From positions 319,165 to 383,164 of the forward strand of contig NMRA01000056.1 in assembly GCA_002633005.1 (NCBI GenBank): 64,000 bases of DNA, in the 5' to 3' direction. The stretch's first letter is position 1. Each line of letters starts with the position of its first letter. The stretch is from Phoronis australis (Eukaryota > Animalia > Phoronida). The position numbers were made by a program, and so were the translations under genes. The notes beneath the pieces were generated by a model that saw nothing but the letters and a program-made list of their open reading frames with translations, did not search any database and had not been told where the DNA came from. Below are positions 13,723-43,188 of this stretch, one piece after another.

Positions 13723-14458
13723 TGATGGGTAGCTGGTAAGCGTGCGAAAGGAAAGTATCTCATGGTGATAATTTTCATCACTGGTCTCGGATTTTTGCAC
13801 TGGTCTTTAAGTTGTCGTGCAAAATTGAACCAGAGACCGGTCTTCAAAGCTCCATTCACAGTGTTAAATCAAGACTCATGTATGTCAAAACATGGTTTAT
13901 TTTTACATTCAAATAGAAGTAGCAATATGATAAAAATACTAGAAAAATACAAATGGTGATATTTTGTACTGGGAAGGTGATCTGTCAAAAGTACAACGCG
14001 AGCTGATGAATGCAGTTCACTTTTGCTTATTAAATGTTCTTGTGTGATCATGTGTTAGAGAACAGATGATCAAACGCTAGGCTACCACTGACATGGGTTG
14101 TCTGTCGCCTATGTCTTCGCTAAACTGCCCAGGCGTGAAAATGCACCCTGTCATAAGATTGGACTTCATTGACCGTGGTTTCCATGATTGACGGTTCTAG
14201 CGTTAACTTGTTTTATTCTATTTTATGTTCATAAGTCATTGTTTGGCTGTTCATACTATGATGACGTATTGTGCTTTGATGGGTATACAATGGTTCAAAG
14301 GCAAAATCGTGACATTGAGCCATAATTAAACTCCTTCATTTTTTAGGAGGAGGCTGTTTGTAATGCTGACGTAAGTCTTGCGCTGCGGTGAGAAGAGTGT
14401 TACGTTCATTTCTGTCTCGCAGGCACTCGGAGTCATACACTGTCCTTGTTTTTTCCAG

Positions 14459-30243
<15,785 letters not shown>

Positions 30244-33060
30244 TGTCGTGCGCCTGTGCGTGCTCATCTCTCTGCTGTGTACATTCGATCACCTGTACAT
30301 TTTGTGTAAACTATTTATGACGAGATCTCTCTGCCATGTACATAGCTGTCAGGAGCGTCATGTAGGGATCTTGGGAGACACCATATTAAGAGTGGTTGTT
30401 TTGACAACCAGTGAAATTTTCTCATACGAAGGTGTTAGGTAAATGACCAATGGCAAGCGTCGATCAGTGGATGGCCTTTGCGGAGTAGCTATCTTGTTAC
30501 AAGATGACATATCATATATATGTATATCGTACTCATTAGTGATGTTATTAATTTGTGGACACATCTCTTGTTAGAATCAGTTCTTGAGAAGATTATGGTC
30601 GTCGATATGATATAAAGGCAGGCATTATGATGTCACAAATAATTTATTCTGTTGAGTATTGTCAAAGTTGTCATTTTATAAAGACTGATTAGTTCACTGC
30701 TAATGGAAAATTTACCAAAAGTTCTTTTACGACATCTACAGTGTACAAACCACACTAGTGATAAGACTAAAATTCTTAATATTTATTTTAAAAAATTGAG
30801 GGAATAGGCTTTCAGTTGTCGGTCACATTATGGACTAGATTAGCATAGTGCTAAAATATCTCCACAAGTTATAATAGTTAATGCTTTATGGCAGTATCAA
30901 TATCGCTCTGGTTTTATCAAAAGACTCTTTCATACTATTTTAACTCTGGTATCAGTGTAGCGTTGATGTAAACTGCAAAGTTAATTGAATTTTTTGTACC
31001 AGCTTCACTAGTTAACGGTATCTAAGTAAACAGTAGGTGACGCTGTCGTCATCGAAGCACTCGCAAGGTACCGCTGATGCATCCCAAGCATTTTTTAATG
31101 TGACAATTTGAGAACTTTTGCTTGTGCTAAGTGACTTTAATTAAACTTATTTCTAATTCGGCTGGTGATTATTTGAACAAAATATAAACAACTATTAGCG
31201 ACAACACTGCCCTTCATTTATTGATGATAGCAGTGGCCCGATTAGACTGGAGTTGACCATTCATACTGTACCTCAGCGTCGACGCTCTGCTGTTAAATCC
31301 ACCAGTTTACTGCAAAGTTAAGTGGCGCTGTTAACTTCGATCCAGAACTGAATTGGAGCATTCATCCTGAACGCAACTCCCCAAAACATTGATGCATTAG
31401 CGTTAGTATGAAAGGGCCTTCGGAGTTAGTAGAACAGTGTGGTAGGGCAATAAATGATCACCAATGGTGATTAACTTTAGGAGTTGGTGGTGTGACTTTT
31501 GCATCTCATTTGTTCACTCATAGTGGGAAAATACCAATAGACGAAATTGTTTGTGACAACTTGCCTGAACAGCCAATGATTATTATAATTACTTGCACAA
31601 TCTCTACTTCACTTGTGAATCGTAAACAATGATTAGGATAAAGTAAACTGTATTAAATGAATTCTATGTAATGTCAATCTTTGAACCAATGAATGAATAG
31701 AACGGATTTGACTGCCTTGTCCGTTCGTAGTACTCTTGCAGTTGGAGTTTGAACCACTCAAGTACAGCTAGCAATTGTAAAGCAGTTAATTTATAATTAG
31801 CATCATGAAGAGTAACCGATTTCATTTTTGTGCCACTAGGGGGTGTTACAATCAGATTGAGCCACTGAGCCCTTTTATTTGTATTTATTCTTGGCATGTT
31901 GTACAGTACGTGATATTTATATTGAAATTCCGTCACGCGGTGAAATTCCGTGAAGGATCCTGAGTGTTGCGGACACAATGATTAACTAGATGGTGATAAG
32001 GTGATGAGGAGAGCTGTAGTGTGCATGATGGAACGTCTTTTCTTTGAACAATCGTATTCTCACGCTCTATTTACCTAAGTGCTGAGTAACGGAACATTGT
32101 GTTTCATATGATATTCCAAGAATTTTTCATCTCACCTTAAGGTGTTGTAGAAGACATTTGATGTTCAGGTTTAAAGAAGTTTCACCATGGACAAGACATT
32201 TAATATGTGATGTTTCTTAGTCATTAACACTGCACTTTTTCAGTTCAGTTTTATGGACGTTAGATTTCTTTGTTGTTATTAAGTCTTTTAAAAGTATCAA
32301 TTTTTGTAGTCACCAGGCCATTTTGAAGAGACTTATTTGATACATTTATTGAAAGCACTTTTAAAGTTATATTGAGCCCTGTGTCTGTTGGTCAACAATA
32401 GCCAACTTCAAAGTAAAATTATATAAGAACAAAACGTTTTTAAGACTAACATATCACTTATGAGCTTCATTTCGACCACAGAATAGGGAAACTAGATGGA
32501 TTAACATGCCTTGCTTCACATGTCTAAATTTGATCAAAACATTCTGCACTCCCTATTGTGTGAAATGGATTGGCCCAAAGTAGTAGTCTTTTATCTACCC
32601 AATGCTCAATATATCTTTAAGTTAGGATGACAGGCGAGTAGAGTTCAAGTGTAAAACAGCACAGACATTCACTCATACCCTTCATCTTTACCTTTACCTT
32701 TACCTTACCCAGTTTTGATACAAAAATTAATATCTGTGTGTCTTTAACTACATCCCTTGTGTTTGAATTCAGTACTTTTTTGAAAATAAAATCTGTGCTG
32801 CTCTAAAGTAGTCTTGCCCCTAATATTAATCTGATAACACGCCTTATGCTCCTCAAATTGTTGATAGATGCTAATTTATTATTTATAGAAGTCCTATATT
32901 GTATTTCCTCTTTATGGTCTTGACAATTGTTGAAATTTAATTGGTATGTAAATGATCATGTTGTTTTTGTTGTAAGTCTTGTTTGACTTAGAGTAATTTA
33001 ACCAAACTTTTATAAGTCTCCATTTGTCTGAAACAATAAAATTCATTGATGAAATCTTGT
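30244..33060 (+). other. Probable long PDE4 3' UTR with candidate poly(A) signals
   Basis: AT-rich, with no TE recognised. AATAAA at 32785-32790 and 33035-33040, followed by T/GT-rich sequence. Confidence 0.45.
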
Positions 33061-33310
33061 TGCATTTTATGGGGGGTTTTGGCAATTTTAATCTGTGGTC
33101 GATATTTTATGTTTCAGTATTTTGGTCTTTGCCTACTACAAATTTTTTAAGCCTTTGGGGTTATGCAAAATATTTTATTAGGTGCGTTTTCAAAACAAAG
33201 TTTAGGTCACCCTATTAGTAGCCAAATGACAAATGTAAAATTCACATGGCTTACTGAAAAGTATTCATGATTGAAAACCTTAATTTTGCTGCAGGATGTC
33301 ACTTTTGTAT

Positions 33311-33514
33311 TACCGTAATCGTTCGGGTTAACGCCCTGGGCGGTTAAATTGGCAAACTCAAAAAATCGGGGGTGGGCGGTTAACCAGACATGGGCGCTTA
33401 AACGTGAAATTTCAAGAAATCCAGGGTGGGCGGTTAACCGAACATGGGCGCTTATTACGACAGGCAACCGCCCTGGGCGGTTAATCTTACCTCGTACTCG
33501 GAACGCGTAGTACT
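33311..33514. mobile_element. End of a DNA transposon/MITE with subterminal repeats, truncated by the gap
   Basis: Starts TA-CCGTA, followed by six copies of GGGCG(G/C)TTA. Confidence 0.55.
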
Positions 33515-34008
33515 NNNNNNNNNNNNNNNNNNNNNNNNNNNNNNNNNNNNNNNNNNNNNNNNNNNNNNNNNNNNNNNNNNNNNNNNNNNNNNNNNNNNNN
33601 NNNNNNNNNNNNNNNNNNNNNNNNNNNNNNNNNNNNNNNNNNNNNNNNNNNNNNNNNNNNNNNNNNNNNNNNNNNNNNNNNNNNNNNNNNNNNNNNNNNN
33701 NNNNNNNNNNNNNNNNNNNNNNNNNNNNNNNNNNNNNNNNNNNNNNNNNNNNNNNNNNNNNNNNNNNNNNNNNNNNNNNNNNNNNNNNNNNNNNNNNNNN
33801 NNNNNNNNNNNNNNNNNNNNNNNNNNNNNNNNNNNNNNNNNNNNNNNNNNNNNNNNNNNNNNNNNNNNNNNNNNNNNNNNNNNNNNNNNNNNNNNNNNNN
33901 NNNNNNNNNNNNNNNNNNNNNNNNNNNNNNNNNNNNNNNNNNNNNNNNNNNNNNNNNNNNNNNNNNNNNNNNNNNNNNNNNNNNNNNNNNNNNNNNNNNN
34001 NNNNNNNA
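33515..34008. other. Assembly gap (Ns)
   Basis: Run of n. Confidence 1.
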
Positions 34009-36350
34009 ACACTTTTATTTACATTAAATTAAAATAATACAATGATTAAAATTTGATTTCAATTAGGAGGCCTTCTGAAGGTTATTGACCGCTAATAAGA
34101 AGGTCCCCTGTACAAAATGAATAAATGGAAATGCAAAAATTCGTAGGAATACTTAAGAAAACAAAGTGAATTAGTGCTGAAAACGACCGACACGCCAGGA
34201 ACCAAGAAGTTGACTGGTACAGCTCAGGAGACAAACTGGATCGTAGTTGCTAATAATAAAATTGGTTAAGAACCTGGAGAATGCTTGCAAAGAATGTGTT
34301 TTTATTATATTTAGAGCAGAGACTGGTATTTCGTTGTTTATAAGTCGAGGAATCTCAAATCTAATACAGGCTCTTGATGACAATTTGTTGGACGGAGGAA
34401 TTAAAATTTTGGGTTGCATTGTCGGAATAGCAACTGAGTATTGATTCAGGTATGTAGGAGTTTTAATGTGTCTGGTTGGTTTATGTTGGATGGGTTTACT
34501 AAAGAAGTTGTTAGTGTAAAAATACTTAGGAAGTTGATTATTGAAGAATTTGTAGTAAAATGTTGCAGTTGAGATTTTAAAGATGTCTTGAAGTAGAGGG
34601 AGGTGAAGTTCCTTACATGTGGGCAGAGAGTGAGCATTATAACTGGAATTTGTTTGATATATTCCTAAGGATTCTCTTCTAGGCTGTCTGAAGTTTCTTA
34701 GTGTTGCCAAAACCCCAAGTTGCAATGCCATAGTTAAAATGTGGGAGGAAAAGTGACTTATATATTAACTTGAGAGCTGGAAGACGAAGATAAGATTTCA
34801 ATTTATGTAAGAGTCCACCGAGATTGTTAAGTTTGTTTGAGATGAGATTAATGTGGGGGGACCATGAGAGGTTTTTGTCAGCAGTAATACCAAGGAAAGG
34901 AAAACTGTTCACATGACATATTGTTTTGCTATTTAAATAAATGGTGGGAATAATACATTTTTTAATTTTATTTGGGGGTAGTGGAAGATCATTAATTTAC
35001 TTTTTGTTGTGTTAATTAAAAGTTTGTGCACGGAAAACCAGTCTGAAATAGATTTAAGGTTGTTGTTGATGGTGGTTGATTGCTGTAAAGTGTGTTGGGG
35101 AGATTCAGTCACTTTGTAATGTGTGAAGAGGCAAGAGTCGTCATCATAAAGAAGTGTGTCCATGGGAGAAGGAAATGAAAGATCATTTATGTAAACTAGG
35201 AAGAGAAGTGGGCCAAGGACAGAGCCTTGGGGAACTCCGGTAGATATTGGTGATCGACTGGAAGTTGTATCACTTAGTGAAACATATTGGGTGCGGTTTG
35301 AGAGATAACTTTTAAACAGTGTATATTCATCTCCAGTAATACCATAGTGATTTATCTTTTGCAAGAGTATTTGGTGGTCTATTGTGTCGAAAGCTTTATA
35401 GAGAGATCTAGAAAGATGACCAGGGGATTCATGTCATTATCAAGATGGGAACAAATGCGGTCTAAAAGTTCAAGCGAAGCAAGTTCTGTAGAGTGACATT
35501 TCCTGAAACCATATTGATGTTTATTAAGAATATCATTTTCATTTAGGAAAGTTGAAAGTTGAGTATGGATATTTTTTTTCTATAACGTTTGAGATTGTTG
35601 AATAAAAATGGGTCTATAATTGCCCGGGTGCTCTGGGTCCAAACCATGTTGTTTAAGAACTTGTATTACCTTAGCAATCTTTAGAGCATCTGGAAATATA
35701 CCAGTGAGCAAGCACCGGTTGATGATGGTCGTGAGAGGTTCAATTATAAAAGGACTGCTTATTTTGATAATTTTAGATGATAAATTGTCATGATCAGTAC
35801 TATTTTTTGCGTCCATGTCTCTTATAATATCTAGTACATGTTTATTACTAATTGGTTTCAAAGAGAACTTAAATTTATTTGTCGTGTGAAGATAGTCTTT
35901 GAAATTCTTGTTTTTTATCATAGTTATTGATTCAGAAAGGGATGGGCCGATTTGGGTAAAGTAGGTGTTGAATAAACTTGCCATTTCGGATAGGTCACTG
36001 GCTTCAGTGTTATCTGAACGTAAGAGACATTCTGGGGTATCGTTTTTTGTTCGGACGCCGTTGTTCATAACCGTCATTGTATCCCATGTTTTATTTAGGT
36101 CAGGCTTCCCTTTTACGCATGTGTCATAATAATAAGATTGCTTGGCGGAATCAATAGTTTTTTGAGAATCTTGTATACTTTAAGATTGTTGTGGCATGTA
36201 GCGTAGGATTGTGTGTTTCGAGGGGTTGTCTTGGTTTGTTTGTACAGTTCATCTCGATAACGAATGGAAATTAAAATACCAGGTGTAATCCACGAGTTAA
36301 GCGCGTGTTTGTGTTTATTATATCTAACATTTTTTGGAGAGAGAGAGAGT
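34009..36350 (-). mobile_element. 5'-truncated, frameshifted LINE (CR1/L2 group) ORF2 with reverse transcriptase
   Basis: Fragments WITPGI, GIFPDALKIAKVI...NYRPI, KAFDTIDH, GVPQGSVLGPLLFLVYINDL, YDDD (mutated YADD, 35137-35148), FLGI..D..LSW..HI and YGIATWG. AATAAA on the - strand at 34014-34019, with a small 3' hairpin nearby. Confidence 0.93.
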
Positions 36351-36499
36351 CCCAAACAGAGACGTACGTAGCTACTGAAGTCTATTCACTACAGACTTGT
36401 AGTGAGACAGAAACCCATGGAAAACACGAAATTTGTTCATAAAAGGCAGAATCTTCCTTACGAAAACTTTTGGTTTATCGAAACTCATTCATGTAGTGT

Positions 36500-37433
36500 C
36501 AACTGTGGGTATCACCAAAAAGAATTAGCGAAGTGGTGGGATAACGAATTAGAATCTGCAAAAAATGGTTCGTGAATCCTTAAGTCGATTTCGCTGTTAT
36601 ACATCGGCTTCAAACATGGATAATTATAAATTAAAAAGAAAACAATTCCATGACTTATATAGACAAATAGAGAAAAATTATGAAACTCAGTTACTGGAAA
36701 GTATTTCCAAGAATAGGAACAACCCAAAAGAGTTTTGGCAATGATCAAATTTAGTACGCAACCTCCGAGGTGCGCAGCCACGTCTATTACAACACAAAAG
36801 TGGCATGATTAATTTAAGAGGCTGTCAAACCAAGAAGTGCCTGTTAGCCATTCACTCGTGAATACTGTCGTCGATAGTAAGACTAGTCATTACGCGACTG
36901 TGGATCATATATTTTCTTTGTATGCGATATGTCAGAAACACATAAGCAGAAAGGTGGCAGGTTCTATTGTGCATTTATTGACTTTTCAAAAGCTTTTGAT
37001 CGAGTACCACATATTTTACTTTTTCATAGACTTATGCAAATTAATGTTCATGGTAATATGTTATCAATTCTGCGATCAATGTATGGTTGAGATCGTGTGT
37101 TAAAACACGTGATGGTTTAACAGACCTATTTAATTGCACTATTAGTACTCGTCAAGGCTGCTATTTGTTTTGTATCTCAATGAGTTTATAGAAAAACTCA
37201 ATTCACGTTGTGACATAAATAGCATCTACTTAGATGAGCATGCTACAAATATTAATTTACTATTATATGCAGATGACATGGTTTTGTGCTCTCTAACAGC
37301 GTCTAAATTGCAACGAATGTTGAATTGTCTCAATGATTATTGCGATTCATGGGGAATGGCTGTTAATTTAAAGAAAACCAAAATAATTGTATTTAGAAAT
37401 AGAGGTCCCTTAAGACACTGTTTCCCCAGATAG
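36500..37433 (+). mobile_element. Second, more decayed LINE RT fragment (RTE/RTEX- or L2-like)
   Basis: TVDHIFSL, CAFIDFSKAFDRVPH (~36968-37010), RQGC, LLYADDMVL (YADD at 37266-37277), WGMAVNLKKTKIIVF. Internally deleted and frameshifted. Confidence 0.88.
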
Positions 37434-37593
37434 GCCTCCCACTTTTACGTATACACGTCTGGTTTGATCTGTTGTCACCACCACTATTTGAGACAGGTTT
37501 AACATCATAGGAACAATGATATTTCTTTCAGCTTTTAAAGGGACCTAGAACGCGATAAACAGACTAAATTGCAACATTGAAAATGGTTCTCTG

Positions 37594-37745
37594 CCACTGA
37601 AACAGAATTCAACCTGCTCATCATGTATTTTTAGATTTTATTCGTAAAGATTTTTTACTTCTGTTGACATCAAAGCATTTTCATTTAGTTTCAAATTTCA
37701 AAAAAAAAAACTATCTGTCATCTGCTCACTACTTCGTTGATTTTT
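37594..37745 (+). repeat. Dispersed ~150-bp repeat, second copy at ~40424-40570
   Basis: CACTGAAACAGAATTCAACCTGCTCA...TTCGTAAAGA...TTTAGTTTCAAATTT is shared. Confidence 0.7.
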
Positions 37746-38779
37746 CTCTCACAAGGTGAAGCACGTCTCTTTATTTGGTATTGCAAGACGTAAGAAGACC
37801 TCAAGCAACTTTATGCAACTGTCTGCGAGCGCATGCGTGCATTTATCATAGGAGGGAGATTAGAAACTCTGTGGTAACCACAAAATTTTTCTTTCGCGCG
37901 TATTTAAAGTTTCGAATTTTTCTTCACAGGGAAAAGTAAATTACGCAGTACTAGACATTGCGAGATGATACTTTTGTCAGGACAAGCGTTCGCGTTCCAT
38001 GCCTCTTTAAGCTGTTTAAAACACGTTACTATGCCTCCACTTCTTTAAACTATTGGCTCGCCCTTCTCAAAAGCGATTTTTTGCTGTTGCACTGGCAAAA
38101 TCTGACAACCTGCCCGCAGATAAATGCGTGCTTATATTTCCTTCCACCACAATCTCTTTAAGAAATAGTCATTCGTAACTAAGGTGGTAGACAGAACCCG
38201 TCGGCATCAGAAAATTTGGTCTTGCTCCTTTTGTGTGCAGCATTAGCGATGATGCCATGGCAATAAAACACTGGCTGAAATAAATGACACTATTGTGCAC
38301 TAAAACGGATGTTTTTGCTATCAAATCGTCTTCCGAAATTGAATTCTCCGTGAAACAATATTATTGTCGTTTGTTTCCGAAGAAATGCGATAAATATTAG
38401 CCAAAATGCGACGTCATTGTTCTTGTGGTGCTAACCAATGGAAGTGTGTTTACTGCAATGCCGGATTACACCAGGTCCTTGGGTTTATGATTTGTGAGTG
38501 CCAACAAAAGATTGCAAGAACGCTTTAACAATAAAAACATTTTACCTGATCCTGGAAACTCCTTTCATTTGGAGTTGAAACAATACGGGGTACATTTTTG
38601 ACTATACCAAGAAACTACCCATGTTAAAAAACATTGGAAAACACATAGGGACACATCTATAAAGTTGAGGTGGCGTATTTGATAGCATGTCATTCAATAC
38701 GAGAAAGAAGGCGTTAAATGTTTGAACCGTTTTCCTCCGTGTGATAAAAACTAATCAAACTCATGAAATATGACGTCGC

Positions 38780-38915
38780 TTTCGTAAAATGTAACAATGG
38801 TACATTTCTCGCATATATACTCGACGTAAATTGTAAGAGGCCTAGCAACGTAAAATGTAACAATGACGTAAAATGTAACAGTTGTAACATTTTACGAAAT
38901 TGTTACATTTTACGG
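38780..38915. repeat. CGTAAAATGTAACA direct and inverted repeats (foldback-like fragment)
   Basis: About four direct copies, then inverted TGTTACATTTTACG copies. Confidence 0.7.
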
Positions 38916-39093
38916 CGTATCACCCCCCCTCCCTCAACTGACGTCCTCCTGAAGTCGAGCCGTCTGTTTTTCCTGGTATGGCCGCTTTTGGGCCCCACGG
39001 ATGTTTCATATACCCTTCACTTTATTCCTCTTGGGTGTACCCCTATTTTTTCATTGACAATGACTTTGCGTCAATCTCCAGTATTAAAGTGAC

Positions 39094-39571
39094 GGGGTGT
39101 GCCGCCCGAAAACCAAGATACCCACCCTTCTGTAGAGATTTGCCATCAGGAAAGATAGCCTACGAAAAAAAACATAAAAATTACCTTTTCCGTAGATAAA
39201 TCCCATAGAAAGGCCTCTTTTGTCATCCTAAATCGAACACTGGTGAACGATACGGAAACTGATGCACCGTTCACATCGAGAACAGATTCCGGGCGAAAAA
39301 CGATCGCATCCCGGTGATCGCATTCTGAAAGCCGCAAATATACTCCCACTGTGTGATGAATCTCAGAAGCGGGACTAAATCATAACCTACCGTAGAGATT
39401 TCAGTGTGTTGAATTCTTCCCTTTTGTAGTGATTTTAACCAAAATATTGGACCCTACCGTAGAGACTTGGTTTACACGAAAAAGGCACCTTTCTGTAGAG
39501 ATGTCAGACGAAAAAGGTACCCTTCGTAGAGAATCTGGCCGGAAAAGTGACCCTTCCGGGCGGCACATTCC
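39094..39571. mobile_element. MITE-like element with internal (T)ACCGTAGAGA repeats
   Basis: GGGGTGTGCCGCCCG (~39094) is inverted to CGGGCGGCACATTCC (~39557). Several YCGTAGAGA copies lie inside. Confidence 0.55.
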
Positions 39572-42500
39572 ATATACTCCACACATGAAAATGCCCCCGA
39601 GCATGCCCCCCCTCTTCTCACTGTTTGTAGATGCCCGGGGCCGTTGCCCCCACCCGCTCTGCACGCTGCTACTTAGGGCTTCCTTGATTTAGAAAAAAAA
39701 AACACTAACAACTTATTTTAAATGGCTCATCATTATTAAAATGACATAACCGAAAATTCATTTTCGAGCCTCCGAATTGGCTTTTTCCCTATATCTAGGT
39801 GGCCCCGCCTTAAGACTACCAAGAGCGGGGCAGTATTAATATAAAGTGTCCTGGTTTTTGGCCGCCTTCAAGTGGGCCTTCTATATTAATATGGCTAGCC
39901 CCGCTTATTGGCCGCCTTCTATGCTAATAGTCGCGTTTTGGCTACCTTCGGGTGGGGATATCTACATATTGGAAATCGAAAATGGATTTCTTGGCTATGC
40001 CATTTTGATAAGATTAATTTTTCAACGTTAAATTTTGATTTATCACAGCTGTTGAAAACGTGTCAGCCTGTTGGGAATGTTTTAGTGGAGTCATTCTTCA
40101 ACGGTGTCGTTTATAGCAACCGATAAAGAGAGGACGGACATTCGATGACATTACGTGGTTTAGTTAGCACTATTTGCGTATTAACGACAACTGGGGCCTT
40201 AGGCTGCGCTCAAGTTTGGGCATCCTTTTCCAAAATCCCCCAGGCATTCCCACCGACTGGTTGTACAAGGACGTGTCTTTGAAAAGGGTCACTTTTTAAG
40301 CGACAGTCGTGGTAGGTCACTCCCATCACCACAAGACGGGATTATGGGAAACAGGTTATTATTTTAAAGAGACTTGGAACGCGAAAAACAGACTGAATTG
40401 CATTATTCAGAGTGTTTCACTGGCACTGAAACAGAATTCAACCTGCTCACCAGGTATTTTTACGGTTTGTTCGTAAAGACTTAAAATTTCTGTTGATTTC
40501 AAACCATTTTTCTTTTAGTTTCAAATTTCTAAAAAAGATCTTTCAATCGCTCGTCACTTCGTCGATTGTTCTTATTTGCAAGACAAACAAAGACGTATAT
40601 AAATAAAACAATCACTGCGAATTTTAAAAGCCATGCTCATTCGACGCTAAGTTCGTCTGTTTCCGTGTGAAGTACATTACTACATATAGTAAGATCAGCA
40701 ACGCAGTTGGCGGTTTTTAGAAATACTTAAGCTATCCCATCAAACTCGAAGGTTATCTGGATAAACTCTGATATCTTGGCAATCGTCTACGTCCATCGCC
40801 TATCCCGTTCAATGTATTCAAAATACGTCTTAAAACGTAGAATTTGCACACTTTGAACTAAGAACTTGTTTTCTATGCTACTACGATGACAGTCTTGAGG
40901 TACGGTGACTTATATTCAGGTTATCGTAGAAGAATACATGTAGACTCCCAGATCTCTTACAGCTTAGGGCACCGACTGAGAAACCAATTTCCGATTGAAA
41001 TCGAGGAGGCATTCCCATCAAATCGGACTGAGAAATCAACATCGGACTGAAATTGAGTACGTTCCCGGCAAACCGCAAGTAAGCCAGTCATTGGAAATCT
41101 TTTTTTGCCGAGTTATACTTTACAAGGAAGCTGTAGAAAGTATTTTAGGCAAGCAAGCATTAGAAGTAATATTACGTAGGACCCTAGAAAAATATATTTG
41201 GTTGACTTCGGAACATCATATCTCAGAATTGGCTACACGGATTCATATGAAATTTGACATACTACCATTTGCTATTCTACCTATTCTACCTGTAGAGATT
41301 GTTCCTCTTTTGCATAAGAGGCTATCAAACTCATAGAACTTTGTGATATGGGACTTTTACGATTTTTAACAAAAATCTCAAAAGTTGCATGAAGCGAAAA
41401 CAAAATAATGTACAAAACTTAACAGCGTTATTTCACCTTGAACATTAACGAAATTTGTCATGCTATTGACGCCTTTTATGAATGTGCAATTATTTTTTGC
41501 TTAATTTAACTAAAAAGACATGGTCACGTGATCTAATTGATGTCAGTTTGGTATCGGGTCAAAATCAATTTCCACATGTTTCCTACTTTCAGAAAATATG
41601 TACGTTTACTGAGTTAAAATCTACACTTTTGTACGTATTTGGCTAAACATAAAGTTACACTAACAGCCCACGTAACCTAAGCTCCGGTTGTCATGAAATC
41701 ACGGTGGAGCTGACGTTTGTTTTTCATTTTCTAATCAAACCAGTTGCATAAACTGAATTACTTCTCCACATGTACGCGAAGCTGATTTTTGTCGCAACCG
41801 TCCGTCAGCAATCTTTCGTAAGGAGCGAGCTTAATTTTGCATCAAATACGCGTCGTGTACACGGCTCGTGAATACTGCATTAGTTTAGTGCAGTGGTGGA
41901 AATAACGTTTAATAATGTGATCAAGTGGCTACGTACTGACAGGTGGTAAAAAAAATGAGTAATTTCGGGGATGATCTGAAAAATGTGGTCACTCGCGAAA
42001 ACGTGCTTATTTAAGAATGGTCCGACTTCGGTGTCCCAATGCAATACACTTTAGAGACGTCATCACTCCGACAAATTCAATTTAAAAAGCGCTTTATTCT
42101 ACATCAATTTGCAAGGTTTCAACCATGAAGCTCGTTCAGAATATAAAGCAGAAGAAAAATCTGCGAAATTGATAGACACAAACAATAGATACTATCTTAC
42201 ATAAAACCATGAAATTGCATGCACAGCTAAAATCCAAATATGCAACTCCCTACAGCCACGAAAATATAAATGCCATGTCGCAGCAGATTTTTCAGAGTCG
42301 TCTTTACAAACATGAGTAAAGCTCACTAGATAAAGGTGAAATATTCAACATGACTGTAGTCCGTACACGTTACAGGTTCATAAACAACGAATAGCCAAAA
42401 ATAAACTGACAAATATTAAGTGTACACAATGAAAGATGAAGTCAGAGTGAGTACAGAATATCGGAAGCGTGTAAAGTTGCATTTCGCCTTGTTTAGAAAG

Positions 42501-43113
42501 CTAAAAAAATGAAAATCGAATAGGGGGTTCTATCTTGTCTACCAGGAAGAACATCAAAACCGTCAGCGACTCGTGAAAATGCTCCAGATCTTTACTGGAG
42601 TTGCCCAGTACTAAGAGGAAATTGGGAATTCTAAATTGGCGCATGTAAGCGTGGCCTGTGACTTAAAGTGTGTAAGGGAAGTAGAATCCTATCACAGTAA
42701 AGAATATTACTAATGAGACTGATTTTATCGGAGTAAAAACCGAATTCGATTTTGGTGTCTTAGCCAGATAAACAGGGCGTAAAAATTGCGAAGATAATGA
42801 TCAGGACATGAGAAATTCTTAGTCAGCCAACAATTGGCATCACCAAATAGTAAATTTAAAAGTGCATGTCTCTGGATTCTGGAAATGTATCTTACCATTC
42901 TGTCAGTCCTATTTTCACGGGCCACGCATTTTAACTCAAATTCCGTGATTTTTATGGTAAACAGATTTTTATTTATGCCAGCAATATTGCGATTCCACTT
43001 TACGCAGATCTCAGTAAAGTCTGGACTTTGTATTCATCCAATGCACAAAATGTCTGTCCGTTCTCCGGTGATAAGTCAATTGCTTCAGTCTCCGTTTCAA
43101 TCGCTGAATGTTT

Positions 43114-43188
43114 TTACTTGAAGTTCGCGTAAGTTTCAAACGAATCCAGAAAGCGCTGAGCCATCAGGTACAAAGACTTGTACTGTTC
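43114..43188 (-). CDS. RPTP last coding exon
   Basis: EQYKSLYLMAQRFLDSFETYANFK*; ttctag acceptor. Confidence 0.92.
   Translation of the reverse strand, partial: EQYKSLYLMAQRFLDSFETYANFK

Noticed and set aside
1-14458. PDE4 UCR1 exons (RRESF, VTPFAQ motifs)
   Set aside because: Not found by eye or in the ORF track; presumably upstream of the window, though small exons could have been missed.
33444-34037. Long ORFs spanning the gap
   Set aside because: Made almost entirely of Ns.
34009-37433. Reverse transcriptase ORFs as an active or domesticated RT system
   Set aside because: Multiple frameshifts, stops, truncation and a YADD-to-YDDD change indicate ordinary dead LINE copies.
33311-39930. 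Short interspersed repeats (GGGCGGTTAA, CCGTAGAGA, CGTAAAATGTAACA) resembling a CRISPR-like array
   Set aside because: Eukaryotic context, repeats short and irregularly spaced, no cas genes. They fit transposon subterminal repeats.
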